This document shows positions 1 to 15,100 of a stretch of 49,568 nucleotides of DNA, in pieces. Every line of letters starts with the position of its first letter. Position 1 is the stretch's first letter. The DNA comes from Emiliania huxleyi CCMP1516 (taxonomy: Eukaryota). Position numbers and translations under genes: made by a program. The DNA lies in the NCBI RefSeq assembly GCF_000372725.1, contig NW_005201391.1, positions 1 through 49,568 of the forward strand, written 5' to 3'. The notes below the pieces were generated by a model that had not been told where the DNA came from, did not search any database, and saw only the letters and a list, made by a program, of their open reading frames with translations.

Positions 1-48
1 ACGTCGCCGCCGTAACGGTCGCCTCTCTCACGGCTGCTTCCCTCACCT

Positions 49-1337
49 ATGCCGCGCTCACCGCCGCCGCCTCACCTTGCCAGGCTCGTCGCGGTGGGCC
101 AAACGGCGCTTGTGCGCGCTCCCACCTGGATGCGGTACTCGATGCTCTGTGGCTGCGCGCCAGACGCCGACGCCGACGCGCACACACTTTTAGAGGAGCT
201 CTTCTCCGTGTCGCACCACGCGCCACCGACCGACCCGCTCGCGAAGCGGTTTGGCTACATCCTCAAGCCGTGGCTGCTGCTGCGCTTCGTCCAGACCATC
301 CGCCTGCCTCGCCGCGACGCAGTAATCATCATGGACTCGGATGGCTTCGTCGCGTGGGGCGGCGCCCGCCGCATGCCCGCCTTGCCGACGGCTCAGATGT
401 ACGGCTACGGCGACCGGTGGCTCGGCCAAATCTGCTCCGGTGATACGGCCGACATCTGCCCCAACATCACAGCCACCGAGGCGCGGGCGCACTACGCGCT
501 CGGCGTCCCGTACCTGCTCACTGTTCCCGCCTTTGAGGCAATCGCGCGCACTTGGATCTACTACATGAGGCGCGTGACGCAGCGGGTTTGGCCATCCATC
601 CTGGCAGACCAGGTGGCTTCCGAGAGCCCTCCGACTGCCAAGCCCGCACCACATCTGCTCGCAAGATAGCCGATAGAGCCTCGCTAGGCACCGCCCAGAC
701 GCTAGCTGCCGCCACCGACCTTCGGACTTCCTGACGCTCGCCCGCCTCCCCCCCACAGTACGCGTATGCGCTCGCGGCGCACTACGCCGGCTTGCAACAC
801 GCGCAGCTAAAGGGCCTAATGGTCTCCGACCCCTCGGTGGGCGGGTCGCCGCGCCTGGCGGAGGGCTGGCAGACTCTCTTTGACCTGCTGCCGCACTCAG
901 TGGCTTGCTCCAACCTCAGCGCCGCGACGGCGGCCGCCGGAGCGCGCGAGCCGCTCCCGATGTTTGTGCACGCGTGCCAGTGGGCCTCGGCCTGCGCCAA
1001 CGGCCTCGACTGGCCCGCGTGCAACGCGTCGCCGCGGGCGGCGCAGTGGCACTTTCACAAGGGCCACGTGCCCAATGCGCACATGTCGTGCGGCTCGCCG
1101 CTGCTCCTGCCGCCGCCGGAGAACTTGTTTGACACGCAGGCGACCGCACGCGGCCGCAGGCACGCCTACATCGTCTGCACCATGACGTCCACCTTCAACG
1201 ACGCCGCCCGGGCGAGCTGCGCGCGCACTGCGACCAAGAAGCGGCACTGTATCCGCATCACACGAGGCCAGGCCGCCAAGATGAACAAGACCAGGCGCGG
1301 GAATATCAAGTATGTTGACGAGTGCAGTACGGAATAG
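49..1337 (+). CDS. Peptidyl-serine galactosyltransferase / hydroxyproline O-arabinosyltransferase-like glycosyltransferase (5' end probably upstream or spliced)
   Basis: Motifs YILKPWLL, VIIMDSD (DxD), GVPYLL, W...ILADQ. A GT-AG intron at 613-758 joins ORF 49 in frame to YAYALAAHYAGLQH..LMVSD of ORF 792..1337. Confidence 0.65.
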
Positions 1338-1733
1338 CTAACCACGTGTACGCGGCTTTTACTTTGTGCATTGTGGGGCCCCACATCTAGAGAGCCTTAC
1401 TTACTCAATATGCTCTAGTCCCCATATGTGGATTCGGGGTGTGTTCACAGCAGTGAGATGCCCTGGGGAGCGCGGGGCCCCTAGAGGGTATCCATGCGGG
1501 GGGCTTCTGGGGGAGCGCCCGGGGGCCCCCGTGGAGGCGCACGCCGTGCGCCGCGCCGCAGCGCGGAAACGGGGCCCCGGCGCTCATACTCGCTCATACT
1601 ACCAACTTCCCGAATAATCACGGAACCAGAGGGCAGATTTGGAGAGATCTCGAGGAGTACATACAGATAGACCCTCTAACCATAAGAAACCTCCGACCTG
1701 ATCGGTCGCGTACTGACACCGCCGACAGATCCA

Positions 1734-1762
1734 CATGTGCATGTGCATGTGCATGTGCATGC
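1734..1762. repeat. (CATGTG)n microsatellite
   Basis: Direct reading. Related ACATGC repeats at 8587-8634. Confidence 0.85.
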
Positions 1763-2456
1763 AACGTTTAAACACCGTGCCAACGTTAGTCCACCATCCC
1801 TGTGGCAGCGTCGGCGGGCTTGATCATGGCAAACGCAAACTCTCGAGCGCAAACTCAAACAATCATCGATTCTTCGATCCACACATGTCACGTCCTGCAG
1901 CTCCCGCCGATCTACCGCTAACAGATCTTCCCCCCCCCCACCTGTAACCTCTCTTTAAGGTTCCCCATGCCAGTTTCGGGGGGCAAACCCTGCCCGGCCC
2001 CTAGAGCCCCAGGTAAGGCCCAGGTGTGCCCTAGGGCTCAGAAGGGACCAAGAGGAGTCCACAGTCTGAGCCATAGTGCATAGAGCCCATGTCTTTGCCC
2101 CCGAAGGTCGCGTTCAAATGCCCGGAACGGACGTTACAGTGGTGTCCGGCCGGCGCGATCACCGAGCTGTGACGCTCAGCGAGGGAAGCCGGTTGAGGTA
2201 CTGGTTTCTTTGTGTCGGGCGAGGGAGTTTTGTTGTAAAATTCTTTGCACCCAGGCCTGGCCTACGGCCCATGCTGGACCAGCTGAGCAAGGTTTGGGGA
2301 GAATCATATATTAGGATCATCAGATATTCTGACGGATGACCGAAATCACCCGTTTTTTGCCCAAAAAAAGAAAATTTGCACCTATGCCGTAGAGAGGTTG
2401 AGGTGCGAGCCGCCCTGGAGGCAGCTGGGGGTGGGGGGGGGGCGCTACCCGCGGGC

Positions 2457-2930
2457 TTAGAAGGCCCGCGCGCAGGGGGGTGGGGCATTGAGACCGGTCA
2501 TGAATGAGTGCGCGACACGCATGTTGCGAGCAGCGTTGTTGATGTTTTGCGCATCGCCACTGACGGCGGCGCGCGAGAGCTGTTGCGAGTGGTGTTGGGC
2601 GAAGCCCCGGGCGCTGCCGGAGGCTGTGCCGTAGTCGGTGCGGTCGACGGCGCTCGGGCTGCCGACCTCTTTGGCGAAGTTGAAGATGATTCTCTTGGTT
2701 GGCGGCGCGACGAGACAAATTTTGACGATTCCGTTCTTGACATGGAGCGCGTCGTAGTACTGTCCCTTGTGCTCTTTGACCCAGCCTTGTTGCCGGTCGC
2801 ATGGACGAGCGGGCCCTGTGACTTGTGGCCGCGCTCTTTGCACCCAAGAACCTTGAGCAAGGTTTGGTCGAGGGTGTTGCCGAAACCAAACTTGTGGCCC
2901 AGTGACGCACACAGCATCCGCCGTGTGCCG
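2457..2930 (-). mobile_element. Degenerate C-terminal fragment of a non-LTR retroelement ORF (restriction-like-endonuclease type)
   Basis: Two frameshifted ORFs join to give GHKFGFGNTLD...GWVKEHKGQYYDAL...FAQHHSQQLSRAAVSGDAQNI, which resembles the F-x-Q-x-LS-x-A-x3-GNA end of CRE/R2-type ORFs. GNTLD recurs at about 9655. Confidence 0.5.
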
Positions 2931-3199
2931 CCGAGCCCTGCCCAGCCTGCCTCGTCTTTAGTGAGGGCGCTCTAGGAGCAAAAGTAGCGCAACCGCAAGA
3001 TTTCTTTTCATGCCCGGGGTGGCTTACTACTTTCCCTCCTCCCGCCCCACTCGCAGGGCCCCCCGTACAAGTGGTGTGCTTTTGTCTCGCTTCGAGAGCT
3101 GTCCGAGGTGCCGGTCCTATCCTCCAGAAGCTATTCAGAGGCCGAGGAGCTGGCTCAACACCTTGCACACGCTTTGCCGGCGGCCGCCTACTCTCTTGG

Positions 3200-3856
3200 C
3201 GCGCAAGACGATTAGTTAGAGTCAGATCTTGGCGGCTGTCCCAAAACGGCTCGTGACCGCTGTCGCTGCCGGTGGTGGGGAGGCCGACTCCATCGGGTGA
3301 GGTGCGCTTGACGCGGGTGCCCTCTGTCGGCAGGAGTGCCGCTGCATCATCGTGCTTGTAGCAGAGAAGGAAACCCACGATGAAGGCTACGAGGTAGATG
3401 GCGTTGACTACGAACGGGTACTTGACGCCTATCGCAGCCAGTGCAGGTGGCCCACGGCGCGCGCAGGGACGCAGGGATTGAGAGCAGCGCATGATTGCCG
3501 GGCTCAATCTCTGTGACGACAAACGCCAGGATGTAGCCAAGAAAGACGGGCACCAGGAAGAACCAGAAGACGATGGCGTAGATCTCCTTCGAGACCGGGA
3601 CCCCAAACCTTGGCGCGACGCCCAGCGTGACGAACATTGCACTCGTCCCAAACCACATCGCCTCGACGAAACGCAGGAATAAGACAGCGCCGGTTCCGCA
3701 CGGAGGGTGGGCAAGCTGTTCGCCGAGCAGGTTGTAGCCCATGATTGCGAGCGTCGAGTCACAGTCGCCTGCTACGTAGCCGAAGAGCAGGAAGAACGAG
3801 AAGATGCCCATGCCAACAAAGTAAAGGCTGAGCGGCTTCAGCCGGTTTGTTGCCAT
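3200..3856 (-). CDS. Small multi-pass membrane protein, frame disrupted near 3445-3470; 3' end uncertain
   Basis: MATNRLKPLSLYFVGMGIFSFFLLFG followed by several hydrophobic segments. Continues in another frame as ALAAIGVKYPFVVNAIYLVAFIVGFLL. Confidence 0.5.
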
Positions 3857-4072
3857 TTGATAAGCACAGCTCTTGTCTGCAATCACGGGTCCTGTGGGAG
3901 GCGTGCTGTCTTGTTTTCTTTCTTTTCGTGCAGGTCCAATGAGCAGAAACTATCACGCCTTTTTTACACTCGACTCCCCTTTTTAAAATCCGCCTCAGTT
4001 GAGCGGCAAAATTCTTTTTTCCGCGCTGCCGCTCGCTTTGGGGCTCCTTTGGACGCGTCGAGAGAACGCCAA

Positions 4073-7965
<3,893 letters not shown>

Positions 7966-8059
7966 TATGTGTGTGGCTGCACCGTGGCACGGTAGTTCGG
8001 AGTACGTACAGTGCCTCTTGGGGCTTGTCTCAGAGCTCTCCCAAAGTCCGTTACTCAAG

Positions 8060-8540
8060 TACGTTGCCGCGATGAATTCTTTTTTTGAGCTTTTTTTTAA
8101 AAGCGCCCGTGGGTTCTTAAACGGCTCTTAAAACCTGCCTAGGCAGGTTTTAAGAGCTGCTGGGCCGCCGATTCCTTAAACGGTCTTAAACGCTTAAACG
8201 GTGCGGGAGAGCTCCCGAGGTCGATGGTCCGGGAGGCTCCCGGTGGACGCCGGAGGCCGGGAAGCTGGCTACAGTCAGCTAGCACACGCGCCCCCTATGC
8301 GAGTATGGCTTACAGATGTGTCTTCAGAGGCGGTTTTGTGCCTAATAACGGCAGTATTGGAGAAAACGGCGCGGAACCCAGCGACGCAGGGCCGGTGAGG
8401 CCGATTTTCTTAAACGGTCTTAAAAGAGGGACCCCCCGTGCCTGCAATCTCTTAAATGGCAATTTCAGCCCCCAAATCTCCTCATTTCTTAAAAGGCCTT
8501 TAAAAAAATCCGGCCCTCAGAACCCTAGGGGCACCCTATA
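8060..8540. mobile_element. AT-rich, TTAA-dense non-coding element with a perfect 34-bp palindrome; probable non-autonomous DNA transposon remnant
   Basis: GCTCTTAAAACCTGCCT|AGGCAGGTTTTAAGAGC at 8124-8157 and many CTTAAA repeats. The right end resembles 2022-2048 in reverse. Confidence 0.4.
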
Positions 8541-8640
8541 AGCCGCACGGGTCAGAGAGAGAGAGAGAGCCGTCTCTGGCGTCAGGACATGCACATGCAC
8601 AACAACAACAACAACATACAACATGCACATGCACAATCAT

Positions 8641-8763
8641 GTCAAGTGCTGGAACCCACTCATCAAGTCGATCGACGACGGCGGGGTGGGGCTCGTGGGA
8701 AAATTGTTGCAACGTGGCGTCGGTGGGCCACCTCTAAGGGTTGGAAACACGCTAGACAAGGCG
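8641..8763 (+). repeat. Copy 1 of a ~123-bp retroelement fragment, uninterrupted
   Basis: Nearly identical to 9431-9450 plus 9572-9674. Confidence 0.9.
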
Positions 8764-9399
8764 CCCTAAAAACACGAAGCCCCACTACGCGTACTACGTG
8801 CCTCTCTGCGTGTAGATAAGATAGCGTTTACGTCCGGGTATTAAGTATTGAGGCAGAGCACAAGACACACGGCACCACCGTAGCAATCGCTTGCGCCGCT
8901 ATTTCGTGCGTCTTCTTTGGTGGCCGCGGCGCGAGGCGCGTCGACACGTTGGCCCTGTGCGCCCGCTGGGAAGTGGGATTTTATCCACAATCCAGGGGAT
9001 CTTCGCGCGGAAAACAGCAATGTGCTGCAGAGTTTAACGTCTCACACGTCACACCAAAACGACAAAAGAACCACTCCGCACGGCTTAGGGTACCCCTAGG
9101 CTTAAAAGGGTGGGCCCCCTGGGGCGCCTGCGGCTTACCGGAGGGCAGATAAGAAAAGACTTTTTTTCGCCGCGGCCCAGCATCCTCCCCAACCACATCA
9201 CAAACCGCACCTCCAAGCGCAACGGGGCATCCGGGGGCGCGCTCGGTCGGCAGCATCATCCTCGGGGACAAGGAAGAGGACGCGGCACCTCAATCAACGA
9301 CACGTCCGCATGTGTGAGTGTTAGAGTTGTTTGGTATTGCTGAAAATCTCTCTCACCAAACACGTCCGTCCGTGACCGACATCTGCTCGGCGTCTCGCG

Positions 9400-9680
9400 A
9401 TTCGCCACGATGCGGGACGTGCATTACGAGGTCAAGTGCTGGAACCCACTGTATGTATGTAGTAAGGTGAAGAACAGTCAGGCTCGGACTGGACACCAAC
9501 GCGGTATGGGTGGACGCAAGACAGATGATGACGACACGCACGAGCGACACACAGACACAAACAAACCCACTCATCAAGTCGATCGACGACGGCGGGGTGG
9601 GGCTCGTAGGAAAATGGTTGCAACGTGGCGTCGGTGGGCCACCTCTAAGGGTTGGAAACACGCTAGACAAGGCGTTGACG
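9400..9680 (+). mobile_element. Copy 2 of the retroelement endonuclease-like fragment, interrupted by an insertion
   Basis: Reads DVHYEVKCWNPL|IKSIDDGG...GNTLDKAL (ExK-like motif). Shares GNTLD with the 2457-2930 remnant. Confidence 0.5.
9451..9563 (-). mobile_element. 5'-truncated non-LTR/SINE-like insertion with (CATA)n tail and 8-bp TSD
   Basis: AACCCACT at 9443-9450 and 9564-9571, with the empty site visible at 8641-8763. Homologous to 19893-19990 and 20138-20204. Confidence 0.85.
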
Positions 9681-10030
9681 GGGGTCGTTGGGGCGCAAGG
9701 AGCGTGGCCGTCAGGTCGGACTCAGGGCCGGTGCTTTGACGCAGTATATTGTACTTCGAGGTAGTATGAACTCAGAACGGCCCCCCGAGAGCGCCTCTTC
9801 GACGCCCACGGGTCCCGGGGGGTCGGAGGGGTTGCGAGAAGGCCTTGGCTATTTTTTGTTTGAATTCTGGAGGCCGTTCAAACATGTAACGTGCGTTCCA
9901 CGTGCCCGTCCCCAGCAAGGACAACATGCTAGCCCAGCAGGCCGCTCCCACCGCCGCCCGCGGCGGAGGCAAGGCGGCAAAGGGTGGCAAGGGCGGCGGC
10001 AAGGGCGCTGGCAAGGGTGGTGGCCGTGTG

Positions 10031-10485
10031 GCGCACCAGACCCGCTTTGCGCCGCCGCCCTCAACGCCCGATACTCGGTTGAGCCGGCAGAGCGACGGCG
10101 GCAGAGTTGCGGCCGCCGGCGACCTCACACGGCGTCGAGCGCCGTAGAGACGGCCCCGAGAGCCGCCGCCAGGTGTGCCACGACCGCGGTCGCGAGGCTC
10201 GTGGCGATAGATGCGCCAGACCCGCTTGCGCCGCCGCCCTCAACGCCCGATACTCGGTCAGAGCCGGCGGAGCGACGGCGGCGGAGTTGCGGCCGCCGGC
10301 GACCTCACACGGCGTCGAGCGCCGTAGAGACGGCCTCGAGAGCCGCCGCCAGGTGTGCCACGACCGCGGTCGCGACGCTCGTGGCGATAGATGCGCCAGA
10401 CCCGCTTGCGCCGCCGCCCTCAACGCCCGATACTCGGTCAGAGCCGGCGGAGCGACGGCGGCGGAGATGCGGCCGCCGGCGACCT
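10031..10485 (+). repeat. 180-bp tandem repeat, about 2.5 copies, inside an ORF-like segment
   Basis: Lines 10141-10320 and 10321-10480 repeat with period 180. Confidence 0.95.
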
Positions 10486-11327
10486 TCCCCTCGACCACGC
10501 CGCCGACCCGTCGACAAGCACACGCGGACTGCCATCGAGAAGAAGGAGAAGGATGGCGGCGCATCCGGAGCCCGCGGGCGCAGCGGGCGCGGGTCCGGGC
10601 GCGGGCGGGCGCGCGGGAACCCCGCCAGCGGAGGCGACAATGCCTCTGGCGGCTCTGCAGGCGGCGCGCGGCGCGCCCCTCGCCGGTCTCCCGCACGCTC
10701 CTGAGGGCCGAGAGGGCCGAGAGGCGGGGTCGGTGACCCGGGGGCATGGGCGGTGCGGCCCGCGCCGCGCGCGGGCGCGTGGCAGCCCGTGAGGGCCGAG
10801 ATCGGGTCCGTACTTCGACGTAGTATGGGCCCCCGGCGGCCCTCTACAGCAGCGGCGAAGTGAGCGTGTTTGTGGTGTTGGTGTGGCGTCTGAGCTTGGA
10901 TCTGTGACTAAAGCCGGTTACCACTGATGGATCCCCACCCGAATAACACACAGTGAGCGCCCCAGCGCTTCACTACGCCCTCCGCGCGAAATCGCTAGTG
11001 GTGCTTTGTGGTAGTATATTGTACTTTTGAGTAGTATGGGTACGGTTCCCGAGACCGAGGTGGACGGACCGCTCGACCACTCGACTGGGAAAGGATGGGT
11101 GGGTCATAAAGACCACGCACGGAGACGGGTGGGTCAAGAAGGATACAGGCTGGAAAGTGGTCATAAAGACCCATCGTGCCGGAAATATCGGAAGCTCGTC
11201 CGCCGTTTTTTTACTTCATCTTTTAGGCTCGCTGTGAGTTTTCACGACCCACACCCAAGCATGGGTTGATTCATTGTGGCAAGACGCCCCTCCCGTGTTC
11301 CCGGTGTTCAAGGTTTGTCCAAGCATA

Positions 11328-11894
11328 ATGGAGTCATCCCCATCCGACGCTGCTGTGGCTTTCCAACGCGTGCTGAATAACCAGGACACCCTTTCCGACG
11401 TGCTCAACTTCCTGACCGCGAAGGAGCTCGCGCCCACGCGCCGTGTCTGCTGCGCCATGCTGCAGGTGGCCGACAGTCAGGTGCCGCATCGGCTGGCGCA
11501 GATACGGGCCAAACTGTCCGTGAAGACGTTGCCTGAGGCGAGCACGGCGCTACACGCGCTACATCTGGCCGAGGAGTACGCGAGGGGGAGCGAACTCCGC
11601 ACCGCCATCTCCATGTACCTCGACCACATTCGCGTTGAGGCAGCGATGCGGGGCAAGCTCGACGAGTACCAGCCTCGCTGCGATGCTATCGAAGGTCAGT
11701 TTGAGCCGACAACGACGCGGGAGGAGTTCGAGCGCCTGCAGGCGGAGGCGATTGCGGTGGAGCGCGAGATCCACACGGACATGGTCCACGGCCTCGCCAT
11801 TCTGACCCTCGGCCCCGGCCCCGGCACAAACGGCAATGAGGACTTGCACGCTCAGCCCCCAGGCGAGGGGGGCGGGGGATGCGTGATTGCGTGA
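11328..11894 (+). CDS. Intronless F-box-like protein
   Basis: VLNNQDTLSDVLNFLTAKELAPTRRVC fits the F-box pattern and is followed by a helical or coiled region. Confidence 0.55.
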   Translation: MESSPSDAAVAFQRVLNNQDTLSDVLNFLTAKELAPTRRVCCAMLQVADSQVPHRLAQIRAKLSVKTLPEASTALHALHLAEEYARGSELRTAISMYLDHIRVEAAMRGKLDEYQPRCDAIEGQFEPTTTREEFERLQAEAIAVEREIHTDMVHGLAILTLGPGPGTNGNEDLHAQPPGEGGGGCVIA

Positions 11895-12189
11895 GGCGCG
11901 TGCGACGTGGACTGCGCCGGGGATTGCCTAGTGACGCACCAATATGGGTGTGCTAGTATGAGTCCGACTGCAGTTGTAGCGCGCTCTTGCGCAGGGGCGG
12001 TTAGTCAACCGCTATACGTAAGGTACTGTGCTGTGTGAGGTGCTGCTGAGGTACATACACTGGAGATACACTCGCAACACGGTACAGACACGAGACAGCA
12101 AAGACAGAGTCGCGCAGGATGTAGGTAGTAGGGGTGTGCACGGACGGGATGCTTGCGCGGCGACCAGAAGAGCGCAGCTACATCCGCAG

Positions 12190-15100
12190 CCACCGCCCTC
12201 CCCGCCGTCCCGTGCGTGTGTTCGAAGTCCGAAACTTGCTCGCGCGCTCAGCTGGCGGCCAGCACGCCGGCCAGCTGCGCCGCCTCCTCGTCGGTGGCGG
12301 CCTGCCAGCGCGCGACGGAGCGCGCGAGCTCCTCGGGCGCCGGCGGCCTCTCGCACGCGGCGAGCGTGCGCCTGCGGAGATCGCCCGAGATGAGCCGAGC
12401 CTCTTGCACTCCCCCCACTCGGCGCAGCGCTCGCTCGATCTCGGTCGCGAGGCAAGTGGAGTGATCTCGGGCGTCTCGGGCAATCTCGGGCAATCTCGGG
12501 CAATCTCGGGCAATCTCAGGCAGTATCGGGCGATCTCGGGCGATCTCGGGCGATCTCGGGCAATCTCGTGCCCAATCTCGGAGGCGAGGCAGTTGAGGAG
12601 TCGCTGCAGGCAACGCAACCGCGCGTGCGAGCAGCCGCTTAGTGCGGCGTCCGGCAGCTCGGCCGCCGCCGCCGCCACGGCGCAGAGGAGGAGCGACTTT
12701 GCGTCGTCGCTGTCTGGCGCGCCTACTCTTGCGCCATCTCGGCTCATCTCGGGCCATCTCGCTCCATCTCGGGCCCTCCGCATCAGTCTCGTCGCTGTCC
12801 GGCGCGCCAAGAAGCAGCTCCACCTCCCGTGATTGGCCTGCGCAGCCGCCGCCGCCGCCAAAGACCGACGCGCGCAGCGGAAGCGCCGGTACCGCGGCGG
12901 CACTGCCGCCGGCCCAGCCCCGCTCTCCACCTGCTGCGGTGCGTGACTCGTAATGACCGTGAGTACTACTACGCCCATGCCAAGACCCGCTCACCGCCCT
13001 CGACGCGCAGTGCGGAGCGAGGCAGCCCGATGGCAGCACAGAGCGCCTGCGATTCCTCAGCACTCACTCATTCCCAGCCGTCACTAGGCAGCCCGATGGC
13101 GGCATAGGGCGCCTCGAGCGAAGGGGCCGAAGCGGGCTGCAGCAATCTCGGGAGATCTCGGCTCATCTCGGCTCATCTCGGCGCCTCGAGCGAAGGGGCC
13201 GAGTCGGGCTTCAGTCGGGCCGTCAGCGCCGTCTCCCTCGCAGCCGGCCACGCGGCACTCACAGCTGGTTCGGCGGCGCCTACCCCTCCGAGACGACCCG
13301 AGATGGCCCGAGATGGCCCGAGATGGCCCGAGGCGAGGAGCAGCGGTGGATGTGCCGCCGCCGGCCGCGGCGAGAGTGCCCCGCGCCAGCGCCGCCGGGT
13401 CGATCTGCAGCCGAGTGAGCAGCCGGCGCCTGTTCACAGCAGTCGGCCTGTGAAGAGACGCGGCCCGAGAGCCCTTCGCTTGCTGGGCGGGTGAGCAGCC
13501 GGCGCCGCCACACCCACCCACCGGCGCCCGCGGGAGCGGCGGCGCGCGAAATGTCGGCGTGAGGCCCCCGGCTCGTCCAGCAGAGGAGGAGGCCGGCGTG
13601 CGAGGAGGCGAGCAGCGAGAGGAGGGGCGGCAGCGGCACCTGCGCGCAAGAGAGCGGTGACGCGAGAAGAGAAGAGGTGTGCGGACCAGGAGGAGGGGCG
13701 GCGGGTGCGGCACCGCCAGCAGCAGCTCCGCCGTCTCGTCGGGCAGCAGCTCCTAATCTCGAGACAATCTCGGGTCAATCTCGCGCGATCTCGGGGGCGC
13801 TCCGCCGTCGGGCAGCAGCTCCTCGATCACGCCGCACTGCGACACGCCAAGGTCCGCTGCGGCGTGCGCGAGGGCGGCGGTGACCAGCGCGGCCGCCTCC
13901 GTGCCTCTGTTGCGCACCTGCGTCGGGTTGGTGCACCGGGTGCCGGTGAGCCGCAGTACTGCGTGGTGTAGTGCACACCAGCTTGGTACACACGCCGCCG
14001 CCACCAGAGGCGAGAGATGGCGCACCCTGTGCGGCACGCACTGCCCCAGTGTGCCGAGGCCAAGAGTGCAGTGGAGAGCACAGGGGGGGGGGCACGGCTG
14101 CAGAGACCGCCGAAGCCAGCCATGCGTGCGCTCTGGAAAGCTCGCTAGCGGGCTGCGCGCCGTCAGCTGCAGCTGCCACGCGCCTAGGGGACGCGTGTCG
14201 TGGACGTGTGCTGGACGTGTGCTGGCCGTGTCGTGGACATGCATCCTCAGGGAGAGACGCGGCCGCGCGCCCGCGCTGAAGCGGTGCTGCAGGCCTGTAA
14301 GCACGAGAGGCGCCGCAGCCGCGCCCGTCTCCTGCCCGCCCTCCTCCGCCTCCGCGGCGGCGGCGGCGGCCTATGGACGTGTCTCGGACATGTCATGAGC
14401 GTCCTCGACATGTCCTCCTCGTCCGCGGCCGCGGCGGCCGCGGCGGCGGTGGCACGGGGCGGCGGGGGCGGCGCCTCCGCCTCGCCCACGGCTGACAGCC
14501 TCTCCGCCGCCGCCCACTCCGAGAGGAGAGGGGAGGGGGAGGCGTCAGCGGTGTCGATAGCGGCGGCAATGTCGGCGTGCTCCTCCTCCTCCTCCGCCGC
14601 CGCGGCGCCCCCTCCCCCCCTCCCTCCCCTCGCCTCGCCGCTTCGCCGATCTGTGGCGGAGGCGATCCGGCGCAGCGCGTGCGCGTACAGCAGCCCGTGC
14701 GCCCGCTGCGTCGCCAGGGCAGCCTCAACCGCTGCTCGGCCTAAGAGACAGAGGCGGTCCGGGTGGAGGGCAGGGAAACTGGCGCGCCGCCACCCTTCTC
14801 CGCCGACCTGAGAAAGGAAAGCTGGCGATAGGCACACTGAATGCCGGGGTGGCGGCCGCCTCCACCGCCGCCGCGACCCGCGTCCGCGCGCCCGGCGAGA
14901 GCCGCGGCGATGGCGTCGGTGTGCTGCCAACGGCCCGCCGCCGACGGATCGGCCTGTTCACAGCGGGGTGCCGTGAAGAGACGCCGTTCACAGTGCCACC
15001 CGCCCGCCCCTTGCGAGTCGGCCTCCACCCGGGGCGCGTGGTCCGACGCCTCGACCCAGCAGCGCGCCTGTCCAGCCAGAGCCGAGCATCCATGACGGTG

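Noticed and set aside
10031..10485. CRISPR-like array
   Set aside because: The units are contiguous 180-bp repeats without unique spacers, there are no cas genes, and the context is eukaryotic.
11935..11960. Helitron 3' end (hairpin plus CTAG)
   Set aside because: Similarity to other copies continues past CTAG, so it is not clearly a terminus.
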